From Candidatus Sysuimicrobium tengchongense (GTDB lineage: Bacteria; Sysuimicrobiota; Sysuimicrobiia; Sysuimicrobiales; Sysuimicrobiaceae), in contig JAVKGW010000001.1 of the NCBI GenBank assembly GCA_031460175.1, forward strand, positions 403,021-467,020: a DNA stretch of 64,000 bases. Direction: 5' to 3'. The stretch's first letter is position 1. Every line of letters begins with the position of its first letter. Positions 56,795 to 64,000 of the stretch are shown here, in pieces. A model generated the notes under the pieces. The model was given only the letters and a program-made list of their open reading frames with translations. It searched no databases and was not told the DNA's origin. The position numbers and the translations under genes are program-made.

Positions 56795-59045
56795 CGGGCC
56801 GGCGCGGGGTCTGGGCATCCAGCACCGCGATGGCCGCCATGTTCACCACCTCCGAGATCTCCGCACCCCGGCTCAGCACGTGCACGGGTTTGGCCATGCC
56901 CATGAGGATGGGGCCCACCGCCACCGCGCCCCCGAGCCGTTGCACGAGCTTGTAGGCCACGTTGGCGGCTTCCAGACTCGGGAACACCAGCACGTTCGCC
57001 TCCCCCACCAGGGTGGAGAAGGGATAGTCTTCTGCCCGCAGCTCGGGGGAGAGGGCCACGTCCACCATCATCTCGCCGTCCACCATGAGGTCCGGCCGGC
57101 ACCGTTTCACCAGGTCCGCGGCCTGCGCCACCTTCTCGGACCTGGGGTGGCGGGTGGAGCCGAAGTTGGAGAAGGAAATCATGGCCACCCGGGGTTCCAG
57201 ATCGAACTCCCGGGCCTTGTCCGCGGCCATGATGGCGATCTCCGCCAGCTCCTCCGCGGTGGGATCGATGTTTACCGTGGGATCCGCGAACAGGTACGCC
57301 CGGCCCTCCAGGATCATGAGGTACAGGCCCGCCACCCGACTCACGCCCGGCGCGGGACCGATGACCTGCAGGGCGGGCCGGATCACGTCCGGGTAGTGGT
57401 AGGTGAGGCCGGCCACGAACCCGTCCGCGTCGCCCCTGTGCACCATCATGGCCCCGAAGTAGTTGGGCTGCCGCATGAGGGCCCGGGCCTCCCGGAGGGT
57501 CACCCCCTTGCGCTGTCGCAGGCGGTAGAGGGTCTGCGCGTACTCCTCAAACCGAGGAAAGCGCTCGGGGTTTACCACCTCGAGCGAGGTGGTGATCCGC
57601 AGCTCTTCCATCCGGGCCCGCACCACCTCCTCCCGGCCCAGGAGCACGGGGTGCGCCATCCCTTCCTGGACCAGGATGGCGGCCGCGCGAAGGATCTTGG
57701 GTTCCTCGCCCTCGCTGAACACGATGCGCTTGGGTTGTTGGCGGGCCTTGTGGTACACGATCCCCAGCACCTCCCGGCCCCGCAAAAGACGCCGGGCCAG
57801 TTCCTCCCGGTACGCCTCCAGGTCCACGTGCCGTCTGGCCACGCCCGTGCGCATGGCCGCCTCCGCCACCGCAGGCGCCACCCACAGGGCCACCCGGGGA
57901 TCCAGGGGCTTGGGGATGAGGTAGTCGGGCCCGAACTCCAGATGCGCTAAACCGTAGGCCCGCAGGACGGAGTCCGGCACATCCTGCTTGGCGAGCGCCG
58001 CGAGGGCATGGCATGCGGCCAGCTTCATCTCCTCGTTGATGGCCCGGGCCCGCACGTCCAAGGCTCCCCGGAAGATGAAGGGGAACCCCAGGACGTTGTT
58101 CACCTGATTGGGGTAGTCCGAACGGCCCGTGGCCACGATGGCGTCCGGCCGTGCGGCCCGGGCTTCCTCGTAGGGGATCTCGGGATCCGGATTCGCCAGG
58201 GCGAACACGATGGGGCGGGACGCCATGGACCGCACCATCTCCCGCGTCACGATCCCCGGTGCCGAGAGTCCCACGAACACGTCCGCGCCGACCATGGCCT
58301 CCGCCAGGGTCCGGGCCGGGGTGTCCGCGGCGAACCGCTCCTTGTAGGGATTCATGCCCTCCGCTCGCCCCCGGTACACGACCCCCTTGGTGTCCACCAG
58401 CACCACCTGCTCCCGCCGCATCCCGAGCAGCAGGAAGAACTCCGCGCACGCGATGGCGGAGGCTCCGGCCCCGCTGATGACCACCCGGACCTCGGTGATC
58501 CGCTTCCCCACCAGCTCCAGGGCGTTCAGCAGGGCGGCCCCCACGATGATGGCGGTCCCGTGCTGGTCGTCGTGGAACACGGGGATGTCCAGCTCCTCCC
58601 GCAGCCGCCGCTCGATCCAGAAGCAGTCCGGGGCCCGGATGTCCTCCAGGTTGACCCCTCCGAAGGTGGGGGCGATGGCCCGGACGATCCGGACGAACTC
58701 CTCCGGATCCGTGGCCTCCACCTCGATGTCGAAGACGTCCACGTCCGCGAACCGCTTGAAGAGCATCGCCTTCCCTTCCATCACGGGCTTGCTGGCCAGA
58801 GCCCCCACGTTGCCCAGGCCCAGCACCGCGGTCCCGTTGGAGACCACCGCCACCAGGTTGCCCTTGGCCGTGTACCGGTAAGCATCCAGAGGATTCCTGT
58901 GGATCTCCCGTACGGGCTCCGCCACCCCGGGCGTGTAGGCGAGGGAGAGGTCCCGCTGGGTGACGAAGGGCTTTGTGATCTGGATGGCCAGCTTGCCGGG
59001 CCGGCCCCGCTCGTGGTATTCGAGGGCTTCCTCCCGCAGGGCCAT
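56760..59045 (-). CDS. maeB: NADP-dependent malic enzyme (ME domain + phosphotransacetylase-like domain)
   Basis: Malic enzyme motifs ([15 protein letters not shown]) and a PTA-like C-terminus. The ATG start lies ~147 nt inside the track ORF. Confidence 0.85.
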   Translation of the reverse strand: MALREEALEYHERGRPGKLAIQITKPFVTQRDLSLAYTPGVAEPVREIHRNPLDAYRYTAKGNLVAVVSNGTAVLGLGNVGALASKPVMEGKAMLFKRFADVDVFDIEVEATDPEEFVRIVRAIAPTFGGVNLEDIRAPDCFWIERRLREELDIPVFHDDQHGTAIIVGAALLNALELVGKRITEVRVVISGAGASAIACAEFFLLLGMRREQVVLVDTKGVVYRGRAEGMNPYKERFAADTPARTLAEAMVGADVFVGLSAPGIVTREMVRSMASRPIVFALANPDPEIPYEEARAARPDAIVATGRSDYPNQVNNVLGFPFIFRGALDVRARAINEEMKLAACHALAALAKQDVPDSVLRAYGLAHLEFGPDYLIPKPLDPRVALWVAPAVAEAAMRTGVARRHVDLEAYREELARRLLRGREVLGIVYHKARQQPKRIVFSEGEEPKILRAAAILVQEGMAHPVLLGREEVVRARMEELRITTSLEVVNPERFPRFEEYAQTLYRLRQRKGVTLREARALMRQPNYFGAMMVHRGDADGFVAGLTYHYPDVIRPALQVIGPAPGVSRVAGLYLMILEGRAYLFADPTVNIDPTAEELAEIAIMAADKAREFDLEPRVAMISFSNFGSTRHPRSEKVAQAADLVKRCRPDLMVDGEMMVDVALSPELRAEDYPFSTLVGEANVLVFPSLEAANVAYKLVQRLGGAVAVGPILMGMAKPVHVLSRGAEISEVVNMAAIAVLDAQTPRRPVTVREVVAQRA

Positions 59046-59219
59046 GATCCCACCTCGCGTCTTTGCGTTCTCCCCTCGTCCCATCTGCCCTGCTCGCAAG
59101 GAGTTCGCTTCGCCGGAGCAAAACCCTCCTCGAGGCTTCCTTCGGAAAGCCCATCCGAAGATGGGCGCCCCGGATCGTGCTCGCCGCCCCAAGGAGGACT
59201 CCGAAGGGAGCGGTTGCCC

Positions 59220-59645
59220 TTACGGGAGCGTGACCTCGATCCCGCCCGCCCGGCTCACCTGCACGATCCCCGTGCCCGCGCGGTTCTGGAGCCGGATGGT
59301 GTACGTCTCATCCGGCTTCCCGAAGGCGTCGAAGGTGACGGTGACGTCCGCGGTAGGAGCAAGTCCCCGGGGGAGTTCGCCCCTGTGGTCGAACCCCCCG
59401 CCGCTCCGCCGCACCCAGTACGTGGAGCTCCCCGCGGTGAGGGCCACGGTGTAGGGTTTGCGATCGGCCTTGGCCCGCTCCTGGGCCTCCCGGAGGTCGG
59501 TGGCCAGTTGCTCCGTGCCGTAGCGCAGGTCCTGCATGGCAATGCTGCGCCGCCAGCTGGGGAGGGCGAGTCCGAGCAGGAGGGCCACGAGGGCCAGGGC
59601 GGCCACGAGTTCCAGGAGGCTCAGACCCCGTTCCCGGGATCTCAT
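59220..59645 (-). CDS. Type IV pilus minor pilin / pseudopilin (GspH-FimT family)
   Basis: Prepilin leader and N-methylation motif (RG|LSLLELVAALALVALL). ATGA overlap with the upstream gene. Confidence 0.65.
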   Translation of the reverse strand: MRSRERGLSLLELVAALALVALLLGLALPSWRRSIAMQDLRYGTEQLATDLREAQERAKADRKPYTVALTAGSSTYWVRRSGGGFDHRGELPRGLAPTADVTVTFDAFGKPDETYTIRLQNRAGTGIVQVSRAGGIEVTLP

Positions 59646-61873
59646 GGCGGGGAGAGCTCCTGCCAGCGGGGCTTCTGCCCCGCGAGGCCCTGGGCCTGGA
59701 TCTGGGGGAGGGTGGTGGTGGGGAAGTAGGGGGGCGCAAACCCGCGGCTGAGCCTCCGGTCGTAGCGGTAGTTGTCCGCATACCCGCTGACGAGCCGCCC
59801 GCCGGAGTCCGCGCACCCGGAGACGCCCGCGTACTCCGAGATGAGCCCTCCCAGGAGGTTCAGCTTGCCCTGGGCAGGCCTCCCGCACAGACCTTCCACC
59901 ACCTGCTCGCTACGGACCCCGTCGTCTACTCCCGGCTGGCCCGCCATGAACACCCCCTGGAGCACGAGGTCGTTGGGGGTACCGGTGGGAATCCGGATCC
60001 TCCCGCGCGGGGTGTACAGGCCCAAGATGTTGGTGGGGTTGTCCGTGGGGTCGTAGATGTTCGGCGGCCGTTCGTACCGGAGGTGGTTCGTGATGTACAC
60101 GTCCCCGCGGGCGGCGATCATCACCTGCTCCCGTTCCTCCACCTGGCCCCAAAGACCGTTCCCCGATCCTGTACCGATCCTCCCGTGCACGTAGATGACG
60201 GTGGCGTTCGGGAAGATGTCACTTCCTTGAAAGCCCTTGGGGACGCCCTGGAAGGTGCGGGTCTGGGGATCCGGCCAAGAAGGGTTTGTGACGGTCGTCC
60301 GGTTCGTTACCCGGTCGATCTCCACGGTCACCACCTGACCGTTGGCGTGCTCGAACCGGTAGTAAGCCCGGTCCGTACCGGATGCCGGGCAGTACGGATA
60401 CCCGGGCGTTCCCGGTGGGCAGTTGCTGATGGTGAGACTTCGAAGATCTCCCTGCACGTAGATCCCGCCGAGGAGAGGTTCTCCCGGATCAGAGGTGCCG
60501 TTGTTGTTTCGGTCGTCCACCGGCAAATAGACCCCGTCGGGCACCGAGCTCGCGTTGTCGGGGAGCTCCGGAATCCGCTCCCGGACCGCCCGGTTCCACT
60601 GCGCATCGGTCCAGGAATTCGGGCCCGTATCCTGCGGGTCCAGCCCCAGGCTCACCGCCCGCTGGGCGATGGCGTCCCGGTCGGTGACCCGTCCCGGGGG
60701 GTTGAGGGGCACCACGATGGGATCGATGGTGGGTGTGGTGGGATCCGCGTCGAACCCCCGGGTGAAGTTGGCGGCCGGGTTGTCGGCGTCGTCACCGTAG
60801 TTCGTCGGAGTGCAGTCCGGGAGGACGGGCGCTGCCCTCCGCTGACCCCCGACCACCCACTCGTTGGCCTCCAGCTCTGTCTCCACCGGGCCGGATCCCG
60901 AGATCCGGCGGAACCCCGCGCGGGTGCTGGTGCTGGTGAGCCGCGTGGCCTGGATGCGGCCGGGGTCGCAGGGGGTGGAGGCATCGGGGGTCCCGAACTT
61001 GGGGAACCCCCAGAACCAGAACTGCCCGTTGGTGTGCACCGGTCCGTCGTAGCTCTCCTCGTGGCCGAAGTAGACCCGACTGCCACTGCTTAAGCTAAAG
61101 ATATGCGTGAAGACCAGCCATTGGGCAAAACTCTGACTCCCCAGGACCGCCCGAAGCTGGCCCTCCAGCGTCACCCGCCTCCGAAATTGAGGATCCACGT
61201 ATCCCTCCGCCACCACGCGGTACTCCAGGGGGATCAGGTAGGTGGTGGGCGCCGCTCGGTCCCGGTGCACCGGACATTCGTTGGTCTCGCTGGGCGGTTC
61301 CTCCCGATCCCGACAAACCCGCAGCCCTGCCTTCGCGGGACTCCATACCACCACCACGGCCCGGTACCGGCCGTTCCCCAGTGCGTTCGGAGGCACGGAG
61401 TCCGTGGAACTTCCGGGAGGGGGGAGCAGGGCCTCATGCGGGGGCGGGGCACCGGACCCGCTTGAGAGGAACTCCAGCTTGCGGTACGGGGAGCTGAGGG
61501 ACCAGTTGACCCGGAACGCCACCCAGCTGGTGGAAGGGCCGGCGGTCACCCCCAGCAAAGATCCATCGATCCACAGCCTCGTGAAAAACTCCATGGGGCT
61601 TTGGGTGGTAAACCACGTGTACATCTCAGTTGGACTCGTACGGAGCGTGGCCTTGTCCGCCGGGTTCGCGTTCACCAGGGCCATGAGGGCCGCCCGGGCG
61701 GCCCAGGCCCCGCCCTCCGCGATGGCCAGGCTCTGAGTTCCCCGGTACCGCACCCGGCTGATCCCCCCTTCCTGCCCGCTGAGGTAGAGCACCAACCCTC
61801 CGAGCAGGGTCAGGATCAGGATCACCACCAGGACCGAGATCAGGGCCACGCCCCGCTCGTCCTTCCGCTTCAT
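59642..61873 (-). CDS. Large PilX_N-domain minor pilin-like protein (743 aa), possible PilX-PilY1-type tip protein
   Basis: The PilX N-terminal signature MKRKDERGVALISVLVVILILTLLGG is followed by a ~700-aa extracellular region rich in D/N/G/T/P (DDRNNNGTSDPGE, calcium-site-like). Confidence 0.6.
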   Translation of the reverse strand: MKRKDERGVALISVLVVILILTLLGGLVLYLSGQEGGISRVRYRGTQSLAIAEGGAWAARAALMALVNANPADKATLRTSPTEMYTWFTTQSPMEFFTRLWIDGSLLGVTAGPSTSWVAFRVNWSLSSPYRKLEFLSSGSGAPPPHEALLPPPGSSTDSVPPNALGNGRYRAVVVVWSPAKAGLRVCRDREEPPSETNECPVHRDRAAPTTYLIPLEYRVVAEGYVDPQFRRRVTLEGQLRAVLGSQSFAQWLVFTHIFSLSSGSRVYFGHEESYDGPVHTNGQFWFWGFPKFGTPDASTPCDPGRIQATRLTSTSTRAGFRRISGSGPVETELEANEWVVGGQRRAAPVLPDCTPTNYGDDADNPAANFTRGFDADPTTPTIDPIVVPLNPPGRVTDRDAIAQRAVSLGLDPQDTGPNSWTDAQWNRAVRERIPELPDNASSVPDGVYLPVDDRNNNGTSDPGEPLLGGIYVQGDLRSLTISNCPPGTPGYPYCPASGTDRAYYRFEHANGQVVTVEIDRVTNRTTVTNPSWPDPQTRTFQGVPKGFQGSDIFPNATVIYVHGRIGTGSGNGLWGQVEEREQVMIAARGDVYITNHLRYERPPNIYDPTDNPTNILGLYTPRGRIRIPTGTPNDLVLQGVFMAGQPGVDDGVRSEQVVEGLCGRPAQGKLNLLGGLISEYAGVSGCADSGGRLVSGYADNYRYDRRLSRGFAPPYFPTTTLPQIQAQGLAGQKPRWQELSPP

Positions 61874-61886
61874 CTTCTCCCCTCCC

Positions 61887-62492
61887 TCACGGGCACGTGG
61901 TCCCGTACTGCCGCAACGCCACATCGCCGATCATCTCCCGCTCCACCGCAGGCGTCCCCATCCGGGTCTCCACCTCCATCCGGATCCGGACGCGGATCTG
62001 GGCCACGCTCCCCGGATCCGCGGCCACCTCCCCCAGGGAGGTGTAGTACTCCAGGGCGAAGGAGGGCGCCGCGCCGCCCGCCGGCAACTTCGCCAGGACC
62101 TCCGGCGGCCCGAAGGGTTCCGAACCGGCGCCGTCCGGGTCCTCTGCCCGGGTGATGGCCCGGTCTGCAGGATCATAGGCGAACCGCACATAGTAGGGCG
62201 TGCTCGTGCGGGGGCTACTTGGAACGCACAAGGCCACGGAGGTGGCGCTCGGAGCCGGGGAAGGGAGGACCCTCGCCGCCCACCTCGCCTCGTCCACGAT
62301 CCCGTCGAGGGCGGCCCGTACCTGCGTCTGCGTGCGCAGCACCGCCCCCGTATCCCGGGCCGCGGTGACGCCTGTATCCACCAGGGCGTAGATCCCCACG
62401 GTCACGAGGGCGAGCAGGGTCAGGGCCAGCAGGAGCTCCAGCAGGGTGAGCCCGGCCAGACCTAGGAGGAAACCGAAGCGCCTACTGGTCAT
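61887..62492 (-). CDS. Type IV pilus minor pilin (PilW-like)
   Basis: Prepilin motif G|LTLLELLLALTLLALV. Confidence 0.6.
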   Translation of the reverse strand: MTSRRFGFLLGLAGLTLLELLLALTLLALVTVGIYALVDTGVTAARDTGAVLRTQTQVRAALDGIVDEARWAARVLPSPAPSATSVALCVPSSPRTSTPYYVRFAYDPADRAITRAEDPDGAGSEPFGPPEVLAKLPAGGAAPSFALEYYTSLGEVAADPGSVAQIRVRIRMEVETRMGTPAVEREMIGDVALRQYGTTCP

Positions 62493-62904
62493 CGCACGCG
62501 CTCACGAACTCCACGAGGGGCTCGGTGTCCGGAGCTCCGGTCCGCCACACCCGTACCCGGGGGAAGACGATGGAGAGTGCAGAGCCCGGGTCCAGCCGGT
62601 CTACCGCCACGTCGAACCGGTACGGCCCGATGTTGGCGATGCGGTGGTAGGGGGTGGGAAGGGGGATCGGGGTCCGCGGGAGGTCCGTCCAGTTCACCCC
62701 CCACACGCAGTTGGGACTCGCCCGGATCTGCTCCAGCACCTGAGTTGCGATGGTGGTGGCGGCCGCGGTCTCGTTGGCTCGGGCCGTGAACCGCATGCCG
62801 GCCAGGAAGGTGTACATCAAAAAGACCGCCACCAGGCCAAACAGCACGATGGCCACGAGGATCTCCACCAGGGTGAGCCCAGCTTCCCGCCTCCCGCCGC
62901 GCAT
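62482..62904 (-). CDS. Type IV pilus minor pilin (PilV-like)
   Basis: Prepilin motif AG|LTLVEILVAIVLFGLV. Internal ATG start. Overlaps the next gene by 11 nt. Confidence 0.6.
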   Translation of the reverse strand: MRGGRREAGLTLVEILVAIVLFGLVAVFLMYTFLAGMRFTARANETAAATTIATQVLEQIRASPNCVWGVNWTDLPRTPIPLPTPYHRIANIGPYRFDVAVDRLDPGSALSIVFPRVRVWRTGAPDTEPLVEFVSACDDQ

Positions 62905-63238
62905 CACCGCCCCTCGAAGACACAAAACCCGGCCCACTGGTCTGGCCGGGTTCGCCACTGGCTCCGGACGGCACCAGGCGACCACGTCCGCACCGCCCTT
63001 CCTCGCCTCCAGACCTACCCTGATCCCCCAGGCGTCAGAGCAACTCCTGTGCCACCTTTGACCCCGGTCCCGCGGGGGCCTGCTCCCCGAACCTCCCCTT
63101 GCCCTTTATATGCCCCAAACCTCCGAATTCCCGCTCGCGAATCCCCCATTGGTTATGAAAATTCCTTCGATCGGAGGATGGGCAGCCCGGCGGGAGGGCT
63201 GGTTTAGTCAGGTTAATTCCGGGCCGGAGGTGCGATCC

Positions 63239-64000
63239 GTGGTCAGATGGCTTTTCCTCGGCTTCGGGCTTGGGGTAGTCCTCGTCTTCTCCGCCGGTGA
63301 GGCTTCCGCCGCCCTCCTGGCCCGGGGGGTGCCGGTGGTGGCCCTGGGGTCCAGTACCCCGGCAGTCCCTAACTGTCCCACCCTGGAGGGAGAGGTGTGC
63401 TACGACCCTACCACCGGGCGGATCGGATTCTACATCCCCCTCAGTCCGGCCTACAGCGGGATCTACGGGGTGACCCCGGTACCGTTCTCGTGGTCTACGA
63501 GGACCGCCGGCACGACCCCCGACTCCCGCTGGGGTCCCTTCACCAACCGGAACGCCCTCCGGATGTTCCTCCGGTTCTCGCCCGTGGCCCTCCCGGTAGG
63601 CTCTGCAACCCTCACCTTCCGGTTCGAGGATCTGGACCTCGGTGGGGCCAACGATCCCGGGAAGTTCTTTGAGGCCATCGCCTTCTACGATGCCTCCGGG
63701 AACCCCGTCTCCGGCCCCATCACGCTCATGAGCGGGAGCTGCGCGCCGATCCCCTGCACCCTCACCGGAGACTCCCGCTACCAGACCATCGTCTTCTCCG
63801 ACTCCCCCCGGCTCCGCGCCCTGCTCACGGGGGACCCGTTTTTCGTGGAGCTCCGGTTCGGGAGCCGTGCGGGTGGGGACCACAAGAAGAAGTTCGTCAA
63901 TACCAAGGAGTTCCTTGAGGCCACGCTGGAGACCGACCCCCTTCCTCCGCCTCGCGTCCCGGAACCGCCGAGCGTGCTCCTCTGGGGCGCAGCCCTGGCC
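63239..64000 (+). CDS. Secreted protein with C-terminal PEP-CTERM-like sorting motif (partial, runs to window end)
   Basis: Not in the ORF track because no stop lies inside the window. GTG start after a GGAGG Shine-Dalgarno. Signal peptide WLFLGFGLGVVLVFSAGEASA. The last visible residues are ...RVPEPPSVLLWGAALA (PEP followed by a hydrophobic stretch). Confidence 0.45.
   Translation, partial: MVRWLFLGFGLGVVLVFSAGEASAALLARGVPVVALGSSTPAVPNCPTLEGEVCYDPTTGRIGFYIPLSPAYSGIYGVTPVPFSWSTRTAGTTPDSRWGPFTNRNALRMFLRFSPVALPVGSATLTFRFEDLDLGGANDPGKFFEAIAFYDASGNPVSGPITLMSGSCAPIPCTLTGDSRYQTIVFSDSPRLRALLTGDPFFVELRFGSRAGGDHKKKFVNTKEFLEATLETDPLPPPRVPEPPSVLLWGAALA

Noticed and set aside
63035-63883. Minus-strand 282-aa ORF
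   Set aside because: It is the antisense of the plus-strand signal-peptide/PEP-CTERM gene, which has a Shine-Dalgarno, a signal peptide and a sorting motif. The minus ORF translation is R/G/E/P-rich with no features.
1-64000. CRISPR arrays, IS elements/transposases, integrases, rRNA
   Set aside because: No regularly spaced direct repeats, no DDE/serine/tyrosine recombinase-like ORFs, and no rRNA-like conserved stretches were found.

Overview
This 64 kb window is a very GC-rich (about 68-72%) bacterial chromosomal segment with strong G/C third-codon bias. The six-frame track is therefore full of long spurious antisense ORFs. I picked real genes by protein-family recognition, ribosome-binding sites, and start/stop coupling. 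Short start/stop overlaps (ATGA, GTGA, TAATG) are pervasive, so the genome is tightly packed and read as operons.

Main content, in order along the window:
- 1-8.3 kb: gcvT 5' end, a phosphoribosyltransferase, a PLP-dependent decarboxylase, a GGDEF diguanylate cyclase, tRNA-Ser(CGA), an ABC-2 exporter pair, and a KimA-like APC permease.
- 9.6-11.9 kb: two tandem MBL-fold hydrolases coupled to a mini GntR-type HTH gene.
- 12.9-19.3 kb: a CRP/FNR-family regulator with an unusual zinc-ribbon plus truncated cyclase N-terminus. A CRP-type box lies in its divergent promoter region. It faces a co-directional, compositionally atypical cluster of about 9 small unknown-function genes (ABM, DUF4386, cupin, membrane protein, NTF2-like, SnoaL-like, DUF1326, DUF2182).
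- 20-26.8 kb: DinB, NUDIX, adenine deaminase-like, fdhD, DUF2231, and pabB-pabC.
- 26.8-33 kb: a selenocysteine formate dehydrogenase locus. The catalytic subunit is split and its fragments are in permuted order (Mo/Sec fragment, then a NuoE-NuoF fusion, then the Fe-S N-terminal fragment). It carries an in-frame TGA followed by an E. coli fdhF-like SECIS hairpin. A DUF318 permease sits upstream and a LysR regulator is divergent.
- 34-40 kb: pruA, tRNA-Ala, a VOC protein, a second GGDEF cyclase, pxpA, an orphan histidine kinase, and another VOC protein.
- 40-45 kb: an MBL hydrolase, an EamA transporter, and the gatD-murT peptidoglycan-amidation pair.
- 44.5-50 kb: a LysM/NlpC-P60 endopeptidase, a BFN nuclease, and the SpoVR-YhbH-PrkA stress triad.
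- 51-56.8 kb: a coproporphyrin-type heme operon (hemQ, a PNPOx-fold protein, a tiny HemJ-like membrane protein, hemE, hemH) continuing into a VOC dioxygenase, a DUF1025 protein, and a homocysteine methyltransferase.
- 56.8-64 kb: maeB, a minor-pilin operon with a 743-aa PilX_N giant, and a divergent partial PEP-CTERM secreted protein.

There are no CRISPR arrays, rRNA genes, or obvious transposases. The gatD-murT pair, the coproporphyrin-dependent heme genes, and the SpoVR-PrkA triad suggest a Terrabacteria-type lineage (for example Deinococcus-Thermus, Chloroflexi, or Actinobacteria). That is inference only.

Coordinates I derived by hand may be off by 1-3 nt.
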